A DNA stretch of 64,000 nucleotides, taken from Longimicrobiales bacterium (lineage in GTDB: Bacteria > Gemmatimonadota > Gemmatimonadetes > Longimicrobiales > Gaopeijiaceae). Made by a program: the position numbers and the translations under genes. The notes under the pieces are model-generated. The model made no database searches. It saw only the letters and a list, made by a program, of their open reading frames with translations, and was not told where the DNA came from. The stretch spans positions 32,001 to 96,000 of the forward strand of contig CBDCKN010000012.1 of the NCBI GenBank assembly GCA_965218295.1. The letters are read 5' to 3'. Positions 30,631-40,265 of the stretch are shown here, piece after piece (the first letter of the stretch is position 1; each line of letters starts with the position of its first letter).

Positions 30631-31638
30631 TTAGAGAGCAATCTCCTGTGTAGTGAGGGATGGGGTGGGAGGATTGATCCAGACGGCCTCCGGGAGTGGT
30701 TTAGGCTTCGGCTCACCGGAGACGAAGCGCTCGGGATGAGCGGCCCATGCCTCACGGAGCACGGCCTTCCTGCAGGCGATGATCCGATCGGCGTGACCGA
30801 AGTGGACCTGTTCGGGGGTCAGCATCGAGATGCCGCCATGGCGGTGCTCGGCATTATACCAACGGAAGAACGAGCGACAGAAGGTCTTGGCTTGCCCCTG
30901 ATCCCCGAACCGGCCGGGAAACGAGGGATGGTACTTCAAGGTCTTGAACTGAGCCTCGGAGAACGGATTGTCATCCGAGACCTGGGGTCGGCCCAACGAG
31001 CGGGTCACGCCGAGATCGGCGAGTAGTTGAGCCGTGCATTGGCTCGTCATCGGAGCCCCTCGATCGGAATGCAGGGTCAGGAGGTGGGGCTGGACGCCAT
31101 GCTTCAAGCAACTCTGCTGGATCAGCCGGCTGGCCAGGGCAGAGTTCTCCCGATCCGCCACCATCCATCCCACGACGTAGCGGCTGAAGATGTCCAGGAT
31201 CACGTAGAGGTAGAAGTAACTCCACTTCTTCGGCCCCAGCAGCCGGGTGATATCCCAGGACCAGACCTGGTTCGGGCCCCTCGCCATCAACTCGGGCTTC
31301 TGGTATTTGGGATGACTCCGCTGCGCTCGACGCTCCTGAACCGGCACCTGGGAAGCCAGAACGCGATACATCGTACGCTCGCTGCACAGGTAGACGTCCT
31401 CGTCGAGCAGCGTCGCCACCACCTCGGCTGGGGACCGGTCCACGAACCGCTCCGAACACAGCGTGTCGAAGACCTTGTCTCGTTCCTTCTCGCTTAAGGC
31501 CCGGGCGGGGGTCGGGCGGGGCTGCTGATGCCCGGTCGATGCACTCCGACGACGGTAGAACGTGGCTCGCGGCACCCTGAGCGCATCGCACGCGGGCTTC
31601 ACCCCTACGTGCTTGGCTAGCTCCTGGGTCGCCTTCAT
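30631..31638 (-). CDS. IS3-family DDE transposase OrfB
   Basis: WSWDIT, DIFSRY, HSDRG and DNPFSEAQFKTLK motifs. Confidence 0.92.
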   Translation of the reverse strand: MKATQELAKHVGVKPACDALRVPRATFYRRRSASTGHQQPRPTPARALSEKERDKVFDTLCSERFVDRSPAEVVATLLDEDVYLCSERTMYRVLASQVPVQERRAQRSHPKYQKPELMARGPNQVWSWDITRLLGPKKWSYFYLYVILDIFSRYVVGWMVADRENSALASRLIQQSCLKHGVQPHLLTLHSDRGAPMTSQCTAQLLADLGVTRSLGRPQVSDDNPFSEAQFKTLKYHPSFPGRFGDQGQAKTFCRSFFRWYNAEHRHGGISMLTPEQVHFGHADRIIACRKAVLREAWAAHPERFVSGEPKPKPLPEAVWINPPTPSLTTQEIAL

Positions 31639-32084
31639 GAGTTCGTCCCGTCCTCGAGGCTCAATCCCAGCAGCCCTGCAACTTTTCCCTGGACGTCGAT
31701 GATCAAGTGCGCCTTCTGGAGCTCCTTCTCGAGGCGAGTGTTCTCGCGCTCCAGCTTGCGCACCTTCTCCTCCAGCGGATTGCGCTCGCGCTTACGGCCT
31801 CGTTTCTTCGACAGCGCTTTCAGGGACCCGCTATGCGCCGCCTTGCGCCATGTCGTCAGGTGCGACGAGTACAAGCCCTCCCGCCGTAGGAGTCGGCCAA
31901 CCTCTCCGGGCTCCGTGCACCGGTCCGCTTCTTCGACGATCCGCAGCTTGTACGACGGAGCGAACCGCCGGCGCAGCGGCCTATCTACCACCTCCGAGTC
32001 CGCAGGAGCTGCCGCGCTTCGCTTACCGTCCCAGGTTGGTGGGGCTATTCCATTCTCTTTCATTCTCTCTCGGTGTCTCAGCAT
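31635..32084 (-). CDS. IS3-family OrfA (HTH + coiled coil)
   Basis: RRRF..YK.RIVEEA...LLRREGLYSSHLTTWR. ATGA overlap with orfB. Confidence 0.88.
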   Translation of the reverse strand: MLRHRERMKENGIAPPTWDGKRSAAAPADSEVVDRPLRRRFAPSYKLRIVEEADRCTEPGEVGRLLRREGLYSSHLTTWRKAAHSGSLKALSKKRGRKRERNPLEEKVRKLERENTRLEKELQKAHLIIDVQGKVAGLLGLSLEDGTNS

Positions 32085-32863
32085 CCTCGGTTTCTCTGCC
32101 TTCGCCCTACTCTAATTCCTTAGCTGCTCCGTGTCTCACGTAAGTTGGCAGAGAGGGGAACGCGAAGTAATAGAACCGCATGAATCCCCAGAGGGCGACG
32201 CCCAGAAGCAGCGCCACGCGGAGACTCGGGTTTTCCCAGACGAGTATGGCGGAGGCGGACAGCCCGATGAGGAGCATGAGAATGCCTTTGAGAATAATCA
32301 GGCGGAAGCTGGTGAGATCTTTCATAGCGTTCATGGCGCGGGCGGGATTCGTCGAGGTTGCCTGAATGTCGCATTGAATGTCCGGGTTCACCAGTCGATT
32401 TGGACTCAGTGGGGCGACGGATAGGAAAGTGAACCGCCCTCTGGGGCCAGGAAGCAAAGAAGCGAAAAACAAAGGCCATTTGACACCCGATTACGCCTAT
32501 GCTCCTGTCCAGCGGTACCTATGTGGTACCTACAGCGCGAAAACGGCAAGCTCCTCATCCCCCTCCTCAAATCCCGCCCATGCCCCCCATTGGGTCCCAT
32601 TACGCACCCTTTAGATATGAACGCAGCTTGAGCGGCTCATGATCGAGGTGGAGGGCTCGTGTGTGCGCGTTATTGAGCGGCGGAAGCTGGTTGTGCTGTT
32701 GCGTGGATTGAGCGGTTGAGGTGGCACGGTTGGCGCTTCCTATGCACGATGCCCCACTACGTAGTCCTAGTCCGCCTGCTACGTAATCTGCCGTACGGAT
32801 GCGACTCCTCTGAAACGGCATTGTTGTCTTGCACGAAGACAACGACTCGATTTGGAGGGAGAG

Positions 32864-33240
32864 ATGATTAGAGCCGCGCGGATTCTCGGACTTATTGCGG
32901 CGGTCACGATTCTGGGTGGCTGCGATCTGATCACGAACTCGGATGAATCCAGCGTGACGCTGTCGGGCACGGTGACTCGCGGGGGTGAGCCAATTTCGTT
33001 CGTCCGGGTCACGCTCTGGCCGCCCGCAAGAGGGTATTGTGGTCTCCTCTGTGGAGCCAGAGTGCTTTACGAGGGACGGTCACTAATCAGGACGGTTTTT
33101 AGGCTATCAACGCGGTCATCCCCCCTGACGAGTGTCGAGACGCCTTCGTTAGCATTTCTGGCCTTGATACGCCCACCGTGAGCGTGCCCCTTCGCGGATG
33201 CGGAGTGCGCACCATCGACTACGATTTCCCACCGGGCTAG
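32864..33240 (+). pseudogene. Degraded lipoprotein gene
   Basis: MIRAARILGLIAAVTILGGC lipobox. The apparent continuation is in another frame near 33070 and contains an internal stop. Confidence 0.5.
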
Positions 33241-33253
33241 CGTGGGAGGCACC

Positions 33254-33643
33254 ATGTCAGCGACGAGTAACAGGCTACCCAAGGTGAGGTTATTCAGAAG
33301 GACGCGTGGTCTGACGATCGTCGGGCTGTGGGCGTTCGCACCGCCGGTCTTCCTCCAATCAGATGGGAGGGGCGGGCTGGAGGTTTCGATAGGCGCGAGC
33401 GCCGGGCAGTATGAGGTAGTCACACGCAGTTGCACCGGTGCCGTCCTCTCCTCACGCCCGGTGCCAGTGCGCACGGGTGGAGTCCTCCTCGAGTTCGAGC
33501 CGGCGGAGTCCCCCTTCCGAATAGCGGGATTTGGCGGGACAACCTCGGTGTCTGGGGAGCCCTCCGAACAGGGAGGACTGTACGCGGGGGCTCTGGTAGC
33601 CTACGAGGGTGGCTGGATCGGCCTCGGTGCAGGCCCGGTTCGA
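33254..33643 (+). pseudogene. Exported protein gene truncated by IS copy 2
   Basis: ORF 33242-33706 runs into the IS end at ...GPVR. Confidence 0.5.
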
Positions 33644-33683
33644 CGGAACCTGTCAACGCCAGTGAGACACTCTTGGAAATCAA

Positions 33684-34691
33684 TTAGAGAGCAATCTCCT
33701 GTGTAGTGAGGGATGGGGTGGGAGGATTGATCCAGACGGCCTCCGGGAGTGGTTTAGGCTTCGGCTCACCGGAGACGAAGCGCTCGGGATGAGCGGCCCA
33801 TGCCTCACGGAGCACGGCCTTCCTGCAGGCGATGATCCGATCGGCGTGACCGAAGTGGACCTGTTCGGGGGTCAGCATCGAGATGCCGCCATGGCGGTGC
33901 TCGGCATTATACCAACGGAAGAACGAGCGACAGAAGGTCTTGGCTTGCCCCTGATCCCCGAACCGGCCGGGAAACGAGGGATGGTACTTCAAGGTCTTGA
34001 ACTGAGCCTCGGAGAACGGATTGTCATCCGAGACCTGGGGTCGGCCCAACGAGCGGGTCACGCCGAGATCGGCGAGTAGTTGAGCCGTGCATTGGCTCGT
34101 CATCGGAGCCCCTCGATCGGAATGCAGGGTCAGGAGGTGGGGCTGGACGCCATGCTTCAAGCAACTCTGCTGGATCAGCCGGCTGGCCAGGGCAGAGTTC
34201 TCCCGATCCGCCACCATCCATCCCACGACGTAGCGGCTGAAGATGTCCAGGATCACGTAGAGGTAGAAGTAACTCCACTTCTTCGGCCCCAGCAGCCGGG
34301 TGATATCCCAGGACCAGACCTGGTTCGGGCCCCTCGCCATCAACTCGGGCTTCTGGTATTTGGGATGACTCCGCTGCGCTCGACGCTCCTGAACCGGCAC
34401 CTGGGAAGCCAGAACGCGATACATCGTACGCTCGCTGCACAGGTAGACGTCCTCGTCGAGCAGCGTCGCCACCACCTCGGCTGGGGACCGGTCCACGAAC
34501 CGCTCCGAACACAGGGTGTCGAAAATCTTGTCCCGCTCCCTCTCGCTTAAGGCCCGGGCGGGGGTCGGGCGGGGCTGCTGATGCCCGGTCGATGCACTCC
34601 GACGACGGTAGAACGTGGCTCGCGGCACCCTGAGCGCATCGCACGCGGGCTTCACCCCTACGTGCTTGGCTAGCTCCTGGGTCGCCTTCAT
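33684..34691 (-). CDS. IS3-family transposase OrfB
   Basis: Two amino-acid differences from copy 1. Confidence 0.92.
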   Translation of the reverse strand: MKATQELAKHVGVKPACDALRVPRATFYRRRSASTGHQQPRPTPARALSERERDKIFDTLCSERFVDRSPAEVVATLLDEDVYLCSERTMYRVLASQVPVQERRAQRSHPKYQKPELMARGPNQVWSWDITRLLGPKKWSYFYLYVILDIFSRYVVGWMVADRENSALASRLIQQSCLKHGVQPHLLTLHSDRGAPMTSQCTAQLLADLGVTRSLGRPQVSDDNPFSEAQFKTLKYHPSFPGRFGDQGQAKTFCRSFFRWYNAEHRHGGISMLTPEQVHFGHADRIIACRKAVLREAWAAHPERFVSGEPKPKPLPEAVWINPPTPSLTTQEIAL

Positions 34692-35137
34692 GAGTTCGTC
34701 CCGTCCTCGAGGCTCAATCCCAGCAGCCCTGCAACTTTTCCCTGGACGTCGATGATCAAGTGCGCCTTCTGGAGCTCCTTTTCGAGGCGAGTGTTCTCGC
34801 GCTCCAGCTTGCGCACCTTCTCCTCCAGCGGATTGCGCTCGCGCTTACGGCCTCGTTTCTTCGACAGCGCTTTCAGGGACCCGCTATGCGCCGCCTTGCG
34901 CCATGTCGTCAGGTGCGACGAGTACAAGCCCTCCCGCCGTAGGAGTCGGCCAACCTCTCCGGGCTCCGTGCACCGGTCCGCTTCTTCGACGATCCGCAGC
35001 TTGTACGACGGAGCGAACCGCCGGCGCAGCGGCCTATCTACCACCTCCGAGTCCGCAGGAGCTGCCGCGCTTCGCTTACCGTCCCAGGTTGGTGGGGCTA
35101 TTCCATTCTCTTTCATTCTCTCTCGGTGTCTCAGCAT
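34688..35137 (-). CDS. IS3-family OrfA
   Basis: Protein identical to copy 1. Confidence 0.88.
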   Translation of the reverse strand: MLRHRERMKENGIAPPTWDGKRSAAAPADSEVVDRPLRRRFAPSYKLRIVEEADRCTEPGEVGRLLRREGLYSSHLTTWRKAAHSGSLKALSKKRGRKRERNPLEEKVRKLERENTRLEKELQKAHLIIDVQGKVAGLLGLSLEDGTNS

Positions 35138-35416
35138 CCTCGGTTTCTCTGCCTTCGCCCTACTCTAATTCCTTAGCTGCTCCGTGTCTCACGTAAGTTG
35201 GCAGAGAGGGCGAGTACCCGGGAATCAGACGGTGCCCTGTCGGAGCCGGAGCGAGCCGATAACGGCCCCCCAAGCCACGAGAACGCTCCAGCCGAACCCG
35301 GAATTCCGAAAGCCCTCAGAACGTCTCTAAGGGCAACTCTCCGGCCTTCTGCTTGCGCCACCCGGCCCGCCCTCGGATGTTGCTCAGGTCTATCTGCCGT
35401 AGCCGAGGACATTCAG

Positions 35417-35514
35417 ATGTCCGATCCAGTTGTCCGCCTGAACGCGGCCCTAGAAGGCCGCTACACCATCGAGCGCGAGCTCGGTGAAGGCGGGGACGGC
35501 GACCGTGTATCTGG
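35417..35514 (+). pseudogene. 5' stub of a Ser/Thr kinase gene
   Basis: MSDPVVRLNAALEGRYTIERELGEGG then ATVYL in a shifted frame (Hanks subdomain I). Truncated. Confidence 0.75.
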
Positions 35515-35568
35515 TGGAGTGGAATCGCAAGGATAGGTTTTGGTGACACGAATTGAAGGGAGTACGCT

Positions 35569-36243
35569 ATGAGGATTTGGGTCGACAGCGCGGACATTGA
35601 TTTCGTTAAGAAGGCGGCAGCCACGGGAGTCGTTGCTGGAATAACGACCTATCCTCCTGCCTGGGTGGAAGAGTGCGGTGGAGACTTCACACAGAGGCTC
35701 AAGGAACTGGTAGAGGCGGTGCCCGGGTCAGTGTGCGGTCATGTGGTCAGTACTGAGGTCGACGTGATCGTCGAAGAAGGTCGGGCGATGGCGAAGCTCG
35801 GCGACCGGGTGTACGTGAAGGTTCCAGCGGATGCCGTGGGCGTGACGGCGATGACTCGGTTGTGCAAGGAAGGTATCAATGTGGCAGCAACTGCGGTAAA
35901 CAGTATCGACAAGGCCCTTTGTGCGATGGCTACCGGAGCGCGTTACCTGATGCCCTATACGGCGTACCTCGATGGCATAGGCGTTGACGGGGCAGGATTT
36001 GTTGCCGAGTTAAGGCGCATCATCGACCTCAGTGGCAGTTCGGTGGAAATTGTCTCTTGCGTCGATACGGCCGAGCAATTTGCCGCCTCCGCCCGTGCCG
36101 GCGCACATGCCGCCACGATCGTTCCCACCGGTTTCTGGGGGATATTTCAGCATGAACCCACGGACAACCTGGTGGCAACATTCTACAAAGTTTGGCACGA
36201 TCATTACGGCAAGCAGAACTGGGCAACCGGGTACCAAAAGTAA
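35569..36243 (+). CDS. Transaldolase/fructose-6-phosphate aldolase family, atypical
   Basis: WVDSAD, GITTYP and VYVKVP (Schiff-base Lys). 224-aa FSA/TalC-like length. Confidence 0.82.
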   Translation: MRIWVDSADIDFVKKAAATGVVAGITTYPPAWVEECGGDFTQRLKELVEAVPGSVCGHVVSTEVDVIVEEGRAMAKLGDRVYVKVPADAVGVTAMTRLCKEGINVAATAVNSIDKALCAMATGARYLMPYTAYLDGIGVDGAGFVAELRRIIDLSGSSVEIVSCVDTAEQFAASARAGAHAATIVPTGFWGIFQHEPTDNLVATFYKVWHDHYGKQNWATGYQK

Positions 36244-36309
36244 AGTCAATCGGCGTCCTGCGGACGCCCCAACCATTCCAAGAGATTCTTGGTGATGAAA
36301 GGAACAATC

Positions 36310-36444
36310 ATGCTGCAAAGTGATATGCCTCCTGGGCTGCTTGAAGCGGCCCAGCAGGGCGTTGACTGGGTCTTGGCGCAGCAGCGCCCCGACGGATCGT
36401 TCAGTGATGCCGCGGACGGTACCCAAGCCTATTACAAAGCTTGA
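36310..36444 (+). pseudogene. 5' stub of a prenyltransferase/squalene-cyclase-repeat protein
   Basis: MLQSDMPPGLLEAAQQGVDWVLAQQRPDGSF...YYKA* with a QxxDGSF repeat. AAGGA RBS. Confidence 0.55.
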
Positions 36445-36543
36445 CTTCAACTTTGAAGTGCAACGCGGACTGGGTCTCTCAAGGCCGATCGGGCCGCCAG
36501 GGACAACCAACCGTGCGCGAGAGTAGCTATCCGGTCGTCTGAG

Positions 36544-36621
36544 TCCCCTCCCATCCGCTGAGTTCCCGCCAGGCAACCCGAGTTTTTGGGGTCCCACTTG
36601 GGGTCCCATAGGCCCCTTTTC
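36544..36621. repeat. att-arm-like repeat, copy A
   Basis: gagttcccgccaggcaacccgagtttttggggtcccacttggggtccca. Also present at about 49060 and 51580. Confidence 0.75.
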
Positions 36622-36835
36622 GAGTGACCCTGACCCCCTGAACCCCATTAAACACATCTTATACGCTAAACCACGGGAGATCCCCGGTTTCATTCGGGTT
36701 TCGGAGGAAATTTCCTGGAGTCGGAATCGCCGTTTCCAGGCATCCAGGGGGGTTACGGATTGGAGAAGGTATTGGAGGAGCGGTCATTCAACTGATGGTG
36801 AAAGTTTGGTGCACGAGGCGGCAAAGTTGAGGACG

Positions 36836-36895
36836 TTGACACACGGGATGGCCAGCTTTAGGTTTGCCTAAATCCTATTTTTAGTCGCGCCTAAC
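36836..36895 (+). promoter_or_regulatory. Sigma70 promoter overlapped by two DtxR/MntR-like boxes
   Basis: TTGACA (36836), 17 nt, TAGGTT (36859). Boxes TTTAGGTTTGCCTAAA (36857-36872) and TTTAGTCGCGCCTAAC (36880-36895). Confidence 0.72.
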
Positions 36896-36911
36896 TTTAA
36901 GGCGGAATTAT

Positions 36912-38168
36912 GTGAGTGAATTGAGGATCGCTCTCGTGCTGCTTGGTGGCCTGGCGATGGCCGGGTGTGATGCCCTCACGCCCAGCGCCCCGGCCGAGGA
37001 AGAGGTACTGGACGGGACCATCGAAGGGATGACCGGATCGCAGGTCGGGCAGCACCTGGCAGGCGACAAAGAGTTCGGTCGTGTCTTCGCCGAAGAGGAC
37101 GGCCTGGGCCCAATCTTCGTTGCATCGTCGTGCGAGCAGTGCCACGCCGGTGACGGGAAGGGCCACCCGGTCTTCAACCTCGTCCGTTTCGGGCGTCCCG
37201 GCCCGTCGGGCTTCGATCCGATGATCGAGTTCGGTGGTCCGCAGCTCCAGCATCGCTCGATCTCGGGCTATCCGGCGGAGGTCGTGCCCGTGGAGGCCGT
37301 GGGCGTATCGACGTTCAACCCACCTGCCGTCACCGGTCTCGGTTTCCTCGATGCGGTAGAGGACGCCACGTTGATCGCACTCGCCGATCCGGCGGACGCC
37401 GACAACGACGGGATCTCGGGTCGACTCCAGCTCCACGACCCGAGCGAGCTCATCGAAGAGGCGCTCGAGCTCGAGCGCCGTGGCTCGCCCGATCCGGACG
37501 CGCGTGGGACACTGGTCAACGGCCAGTACATCGGCCGCTTCGGGAAGAAGGCCCTCACCGTGAACCTGCTTCACCAGACGGTCGGGGCGTACCAGCAGGA
37601 CATGGGGGTGACCAGCGACCTGCTCCTCGAGGATCTCTTCAACCCCGCCGCCGGCAGCCGTGCATCCGACGAAGCACCCGACCCGGAAGTCTCCAGCGCC
37701 ACCGTCTCGAACGTCGTCTTCTACCTGAAGACGCTCCGCGCACCGTCACGGCGCGACGAAGGACATTCCGAGGTCTTCGCCGGCGAACAGCTCTTCTCCG
37801 CCATCGGCTGCGCGGCGTGCCACGTGCCTACGCTCCAAACGGGAGCCTCGGAGATCGAGGTTCTCGATCGGGCGCAGTTCCATCCGTACACCGATCTGCT
37901 GCTCCACGACATGGGCCCGGAGCTCGACGACGGGTACACGGAGGGCATCGCGCTCACGTCGGAGTGGCGGACGCCGCCGCTCTGGGGCATCGGCATCCAG
38001 GACGCGTTCCAGGGTGGCGAGACCTTCTTCCTGCACGACGGCCGGGCGCAGACGCTGGCGGAAGCGATTGGGCTGCACGGCGGTGAGGGAGCGGCGGCGC
38101 GGACCGGGTTCCAGGCCCTGTCGGCCGACGATCAGGCACGCTTGATCCGTTTCCTCGAATCGTTGTAG
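36912..38168 (+). CDS. Di-heme oxidoreductase (DHOR) family lipoprotein
   Basis: Lipobox MAGC. GLGP...CEQCH, GRFG.K, CAACH, LLHDMG, WRTPPLWG and FLHDGRA motifs. Confidence 0.9.
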   Translation: MSELRIALVLLGGLAMAGCDALTPSAPAEEEVLDGTIEGMTGSQVGQHLAGDKEFGRVFAEEDGLGPIFVASSCEQCHAGDGKGHPVFNLVRFGRPGPSGFDPMIEFGGPQLQHRSISGYPAEVVPVEAVGVSTFNPPAVTGLGFLDAVEDATLIALADPADADNDGISGRLQLHDPSELIEEALELERRGSPDPDARGTLVNGQYIGRFGKKALTVNLLHQTVGAYQQDMGVTSDLLLEDLFNPAAGSRASDEAPDPEVSSATVSNVVFYLKTLRAPSRRDEGHSEVFAGEQLFSAIGCAACHVPTLQTGASEIEVLDRAQFHPYTDLLLHDMGPELDDGYTEGIALTSEWRTPPLWGIGIQDAFQGGETFFLHDGRAQTLAEAIGLHGGEGAAARTGFQALSADDQARLIRFLESL

Positions 38169-38179
38169 GGGGCGCGACG

Positions 38180-38614
38180 ATGAAGCGACGAGGTTTCGTC
38201 CAGCGACTGCCCGTTCTCACGGTCGGGCTGGCCGCGGGCGCCTCCGCCGCGATGATCGGCGGATGTGCCTCGGTGCCCTACCTGGTGCCCCAACTGACCC
38301 CGCGTGGTCTGTCGCTGCCGGCGTCCGAGCTGGGTCCGGAAGGAGAGGCCTTCGTGCAGGCTCCGGACATGGAACGACCCGTCTACGTCCGGCGACACGC
38401 GTCGGGTTCGTTGACCGCGGTGCTCGCCGCATGCACGCACCGCGGATGCCAGCCTGAACCGGTGGGCGATCGACTCGAATGTCCGTGCCACGGAAGCCAA
38501 TTCAGCTTCGAGGGCGAGGTGCTCGCCGGGCCGGCGGACCGACCCCTGACCCGCTACGAAATCGTAGAAACGGATGGGGAGATCGTGGTGCGACTCCCGG
38601 GAGGCGCACGATGA
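38180..38614 (+). CDS. Rieske [2Fe-2S] protein with Tat/lipoprotein signal
   Basis: MKRRGF...GGC signal. CTHRGC and CPCHGS motifs. Confidence 0.92.
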   Translation: MKRRGFVQRLPVLTVGLAAGASAAMIGGCASVPYLVPQLTPRGLSLPASELGPEGEAFVQAPDMERPVYVRRHASGSLTAVLAACTHRGCQPEPVGDRLECPCHGSQFSFEGEVLAGPADRPLTRYEIVETDGEIVVRLPGGAR

Positions 38615-39813
38615 CAGCCACGACGATCACCCGCATCCTGACCACGCTCGTGGCGATGACGGCGATCTCGGCAGGGGTCGAGCCGGTGTCAGCTCAGGTG
38701 GACTCGACGCTGGCGCAGGACGGCATTTACAACCGTCCGTTCATCGGCTCGATCTCTTCGACATCGATCGGAGGCTACGTCGAGGGCAACACGAACTACT
38801 TCGTCGAGGACGGGGTCTCGGAAGGCTTCTCGATGGAGCTCCGGCGATTCAACATCTTTCTCTTCTCGCAGGTATCGCAGCGGATCCGCTTCCTGTCAGA
38901 GCTGGAGTTCGAGCACGGCACGGAGGAGATCGCGCTCGAGACCGCGCTCGTCGACTTCCAGCTCGGACCGGGACTCGTGCTGCGCGGCGGCGTCATCCTC
39001 GCACCACTCGGCTACCTGAACCAGAACCACGACAGCCCGCAGTGGGACTTCGTCGAACGCCCGCTGGTCACGACCGACATCATCCCGTCGACGCTCTCCG
39101 AGGTCGGCTTCGGAGCGTACGGCAAGTTCGCAAGCGGTGAGCTCGTCTTCTCGTACGATGCGTACCTGACGAACGGCCTCGGCGCCGCGATTCTGACCAA
39201 CGAGACCGGCCGCACGGACATCCCATCCGGCAAGGACGAGGAGCTCTTCGGCGAGGACAACAACGGCTCCCCCGCCCTCTCGGGACGACTCGCTCTTCGG
39301 CATACGGGGCTCGGCGAGGTCGGCGTCTCGTACTACGGCGGCTACTACAACGACTTCCAGGTCGAGGGCGAGCAGGTCGACGAGAAGCGCTGGATGGGCA
39401 TCGCCGCGCTCGACTTCCGCGGCGACATCGGCCCCACCTCGATACGAGGAGAGGTCGTGTACGCATCCGTCGACGTGCCCGAGAGCCTCTCCGAAGTCCA
39501 CGGCGACACTCAGTGGGGTGCGTACCTGGACGTCCTGATGCCCGTATGGCGACCACGCTTCCTCGGCTACACGGATGCGGTCGTCACCGCCGGACTTCGA
39601 CTCGAGACGGTCGACTACAACGTCGGCACTTTCTCTTCCACGGGCTCGAAGATCGGCGACCAGGTGACGGGGATCGTTCCGTCGATCACCTTCCGGCCGA
39701 CCTCCGTTACGGTGTTCCGGGCGAACTACCGGTATCACTGGGCCACGGACTTCCAGGGCAACGACCCGGCGCGCATCGCAGGCTTCCAGCTCGGGTTCGC
39801 GACGTACTTCTGA
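38611..39813 (+). CDS. Porin-like outer-membrane beta-barrel
   Basis: Signal peptide, GGY..., F.SELEFEH, G.LN..H and C-terminal GFATYF. ATGA overlap with the Rieske gene. Confidence 0.75.
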   Translation: MTATTITRILTTLVAMTAISAGVEPVSAQVDSTLAQDGIYNRPFIGSISSTSIGGYVEGNTNYFVEDGVSEGFSMELRRFNIFLFSQVSQRIRFLSELEFEHGTEEIALETALVDFQLGPGLVLRGGVILAPLGYLNQNHDSPQWDFVERPLVTTDIIPSTLSEVGFGAYGKFASGELVFSYDAYLTNGLGAAILTNETGRTDIPSGKDEELFGEDNNGSPALSGRLALRHTGLGEVGVSYYGGYYNDFQVEGEQVDEKRWMGIAALDFRGDIGPTSIRGEVVYASVDVPESLSEVHGDTQWGAYLDVLMPVWRPRFLGYTDAVVTAGLRLETVDYNVGTFSSTGSKIGDQVTGIVPSITFRPTSVTVFRANYRYHWATDFQGNDPARIAGFQLGFATYF

Positions 39814-39869
39814 GGAACGCGGTCTCGGGGGGCTTCGGCAAGAGGTAGCCGGAGCGCCCCGGGGGAGAC

Positions 39870-40243
39870 TGACCTGACCCCCTGAAACGAGACCAGGTGC
39901 AATGTTAGGATCGACCTGGTCTGAAGCTTTTCAGCGAGGAGGTCAGGATGGGAAGGAAGCGACACACTCCGGAGCAGATCATCACTGCACTGCGGGAGGC
40001 AGAGGTGGGTCTGGCCCGCGGCAAATCCGTGAAGCTGATCAGCCGGGAGCTGGGCATCACCGAGCAGACGTACTACCGGTGGAGGCGGGAGTACGGCGGG
40101 ATGAAGGTGAGCCAGGCACGGCGCCTGAAGGAGCTCGAGCGCGAGAACGGGCGCCTGAAGCGAGCAGTGGCGGACTTGACACTGGACAAGCTGATCCTGG
40201 AGGAAGCGGCCGAGGGAAACTTCTGAGCCCCGAGCGCCGCGCA
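39870..40243 (+). mobile_element. Truncated IS3-family (IS407-group-like) element: left IR + orfA
   Basis: TGACCTGACCCCCTG end. orfA 39948-40226 (TYYRWRREYGG...EGNF). orfB lost after a few codons. Confidence 0.88.
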
Positions 40244-40265
40244 CCTGACGTTCGAGTTCAGAGCG

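Larger units (their letters stand above)
30591..32157 (-). mobile_element. IS3-family-like element, copy 1 (1567 bp)
   Basis: orfA + orfB. Subterminal IRs TGTCAACGCCAGTGAGACAC / TGCCAACTTACGTGAGACAC. 3-bp TSD GAA. Confidence 0.93.
30471..32325 (-). pseudogene. Small membrane protein gene interrupted by the IS at 30591-32157
   Basis: Removing the IS and one GAA restores MKDLTSFRLIILKGILM...MRFYYFAF|YVIEKYVDGQYKFSGL...*. Confidence 0.8.
33644..35210 (-). mobile_element. IS3-family-like element, copy 2 (1567 bp)
   Basis: Near-identical to copy 1, same orientation. 3-bp TSD CGA. Confidence 0.93.

Noticed and set aside
30591..35210. Composite transposon formed by the two IS3-like copies
   Set aside because: Each copy has its own TSD (GAA; CGA) and interrupts its own gene, so these are independent insertions.
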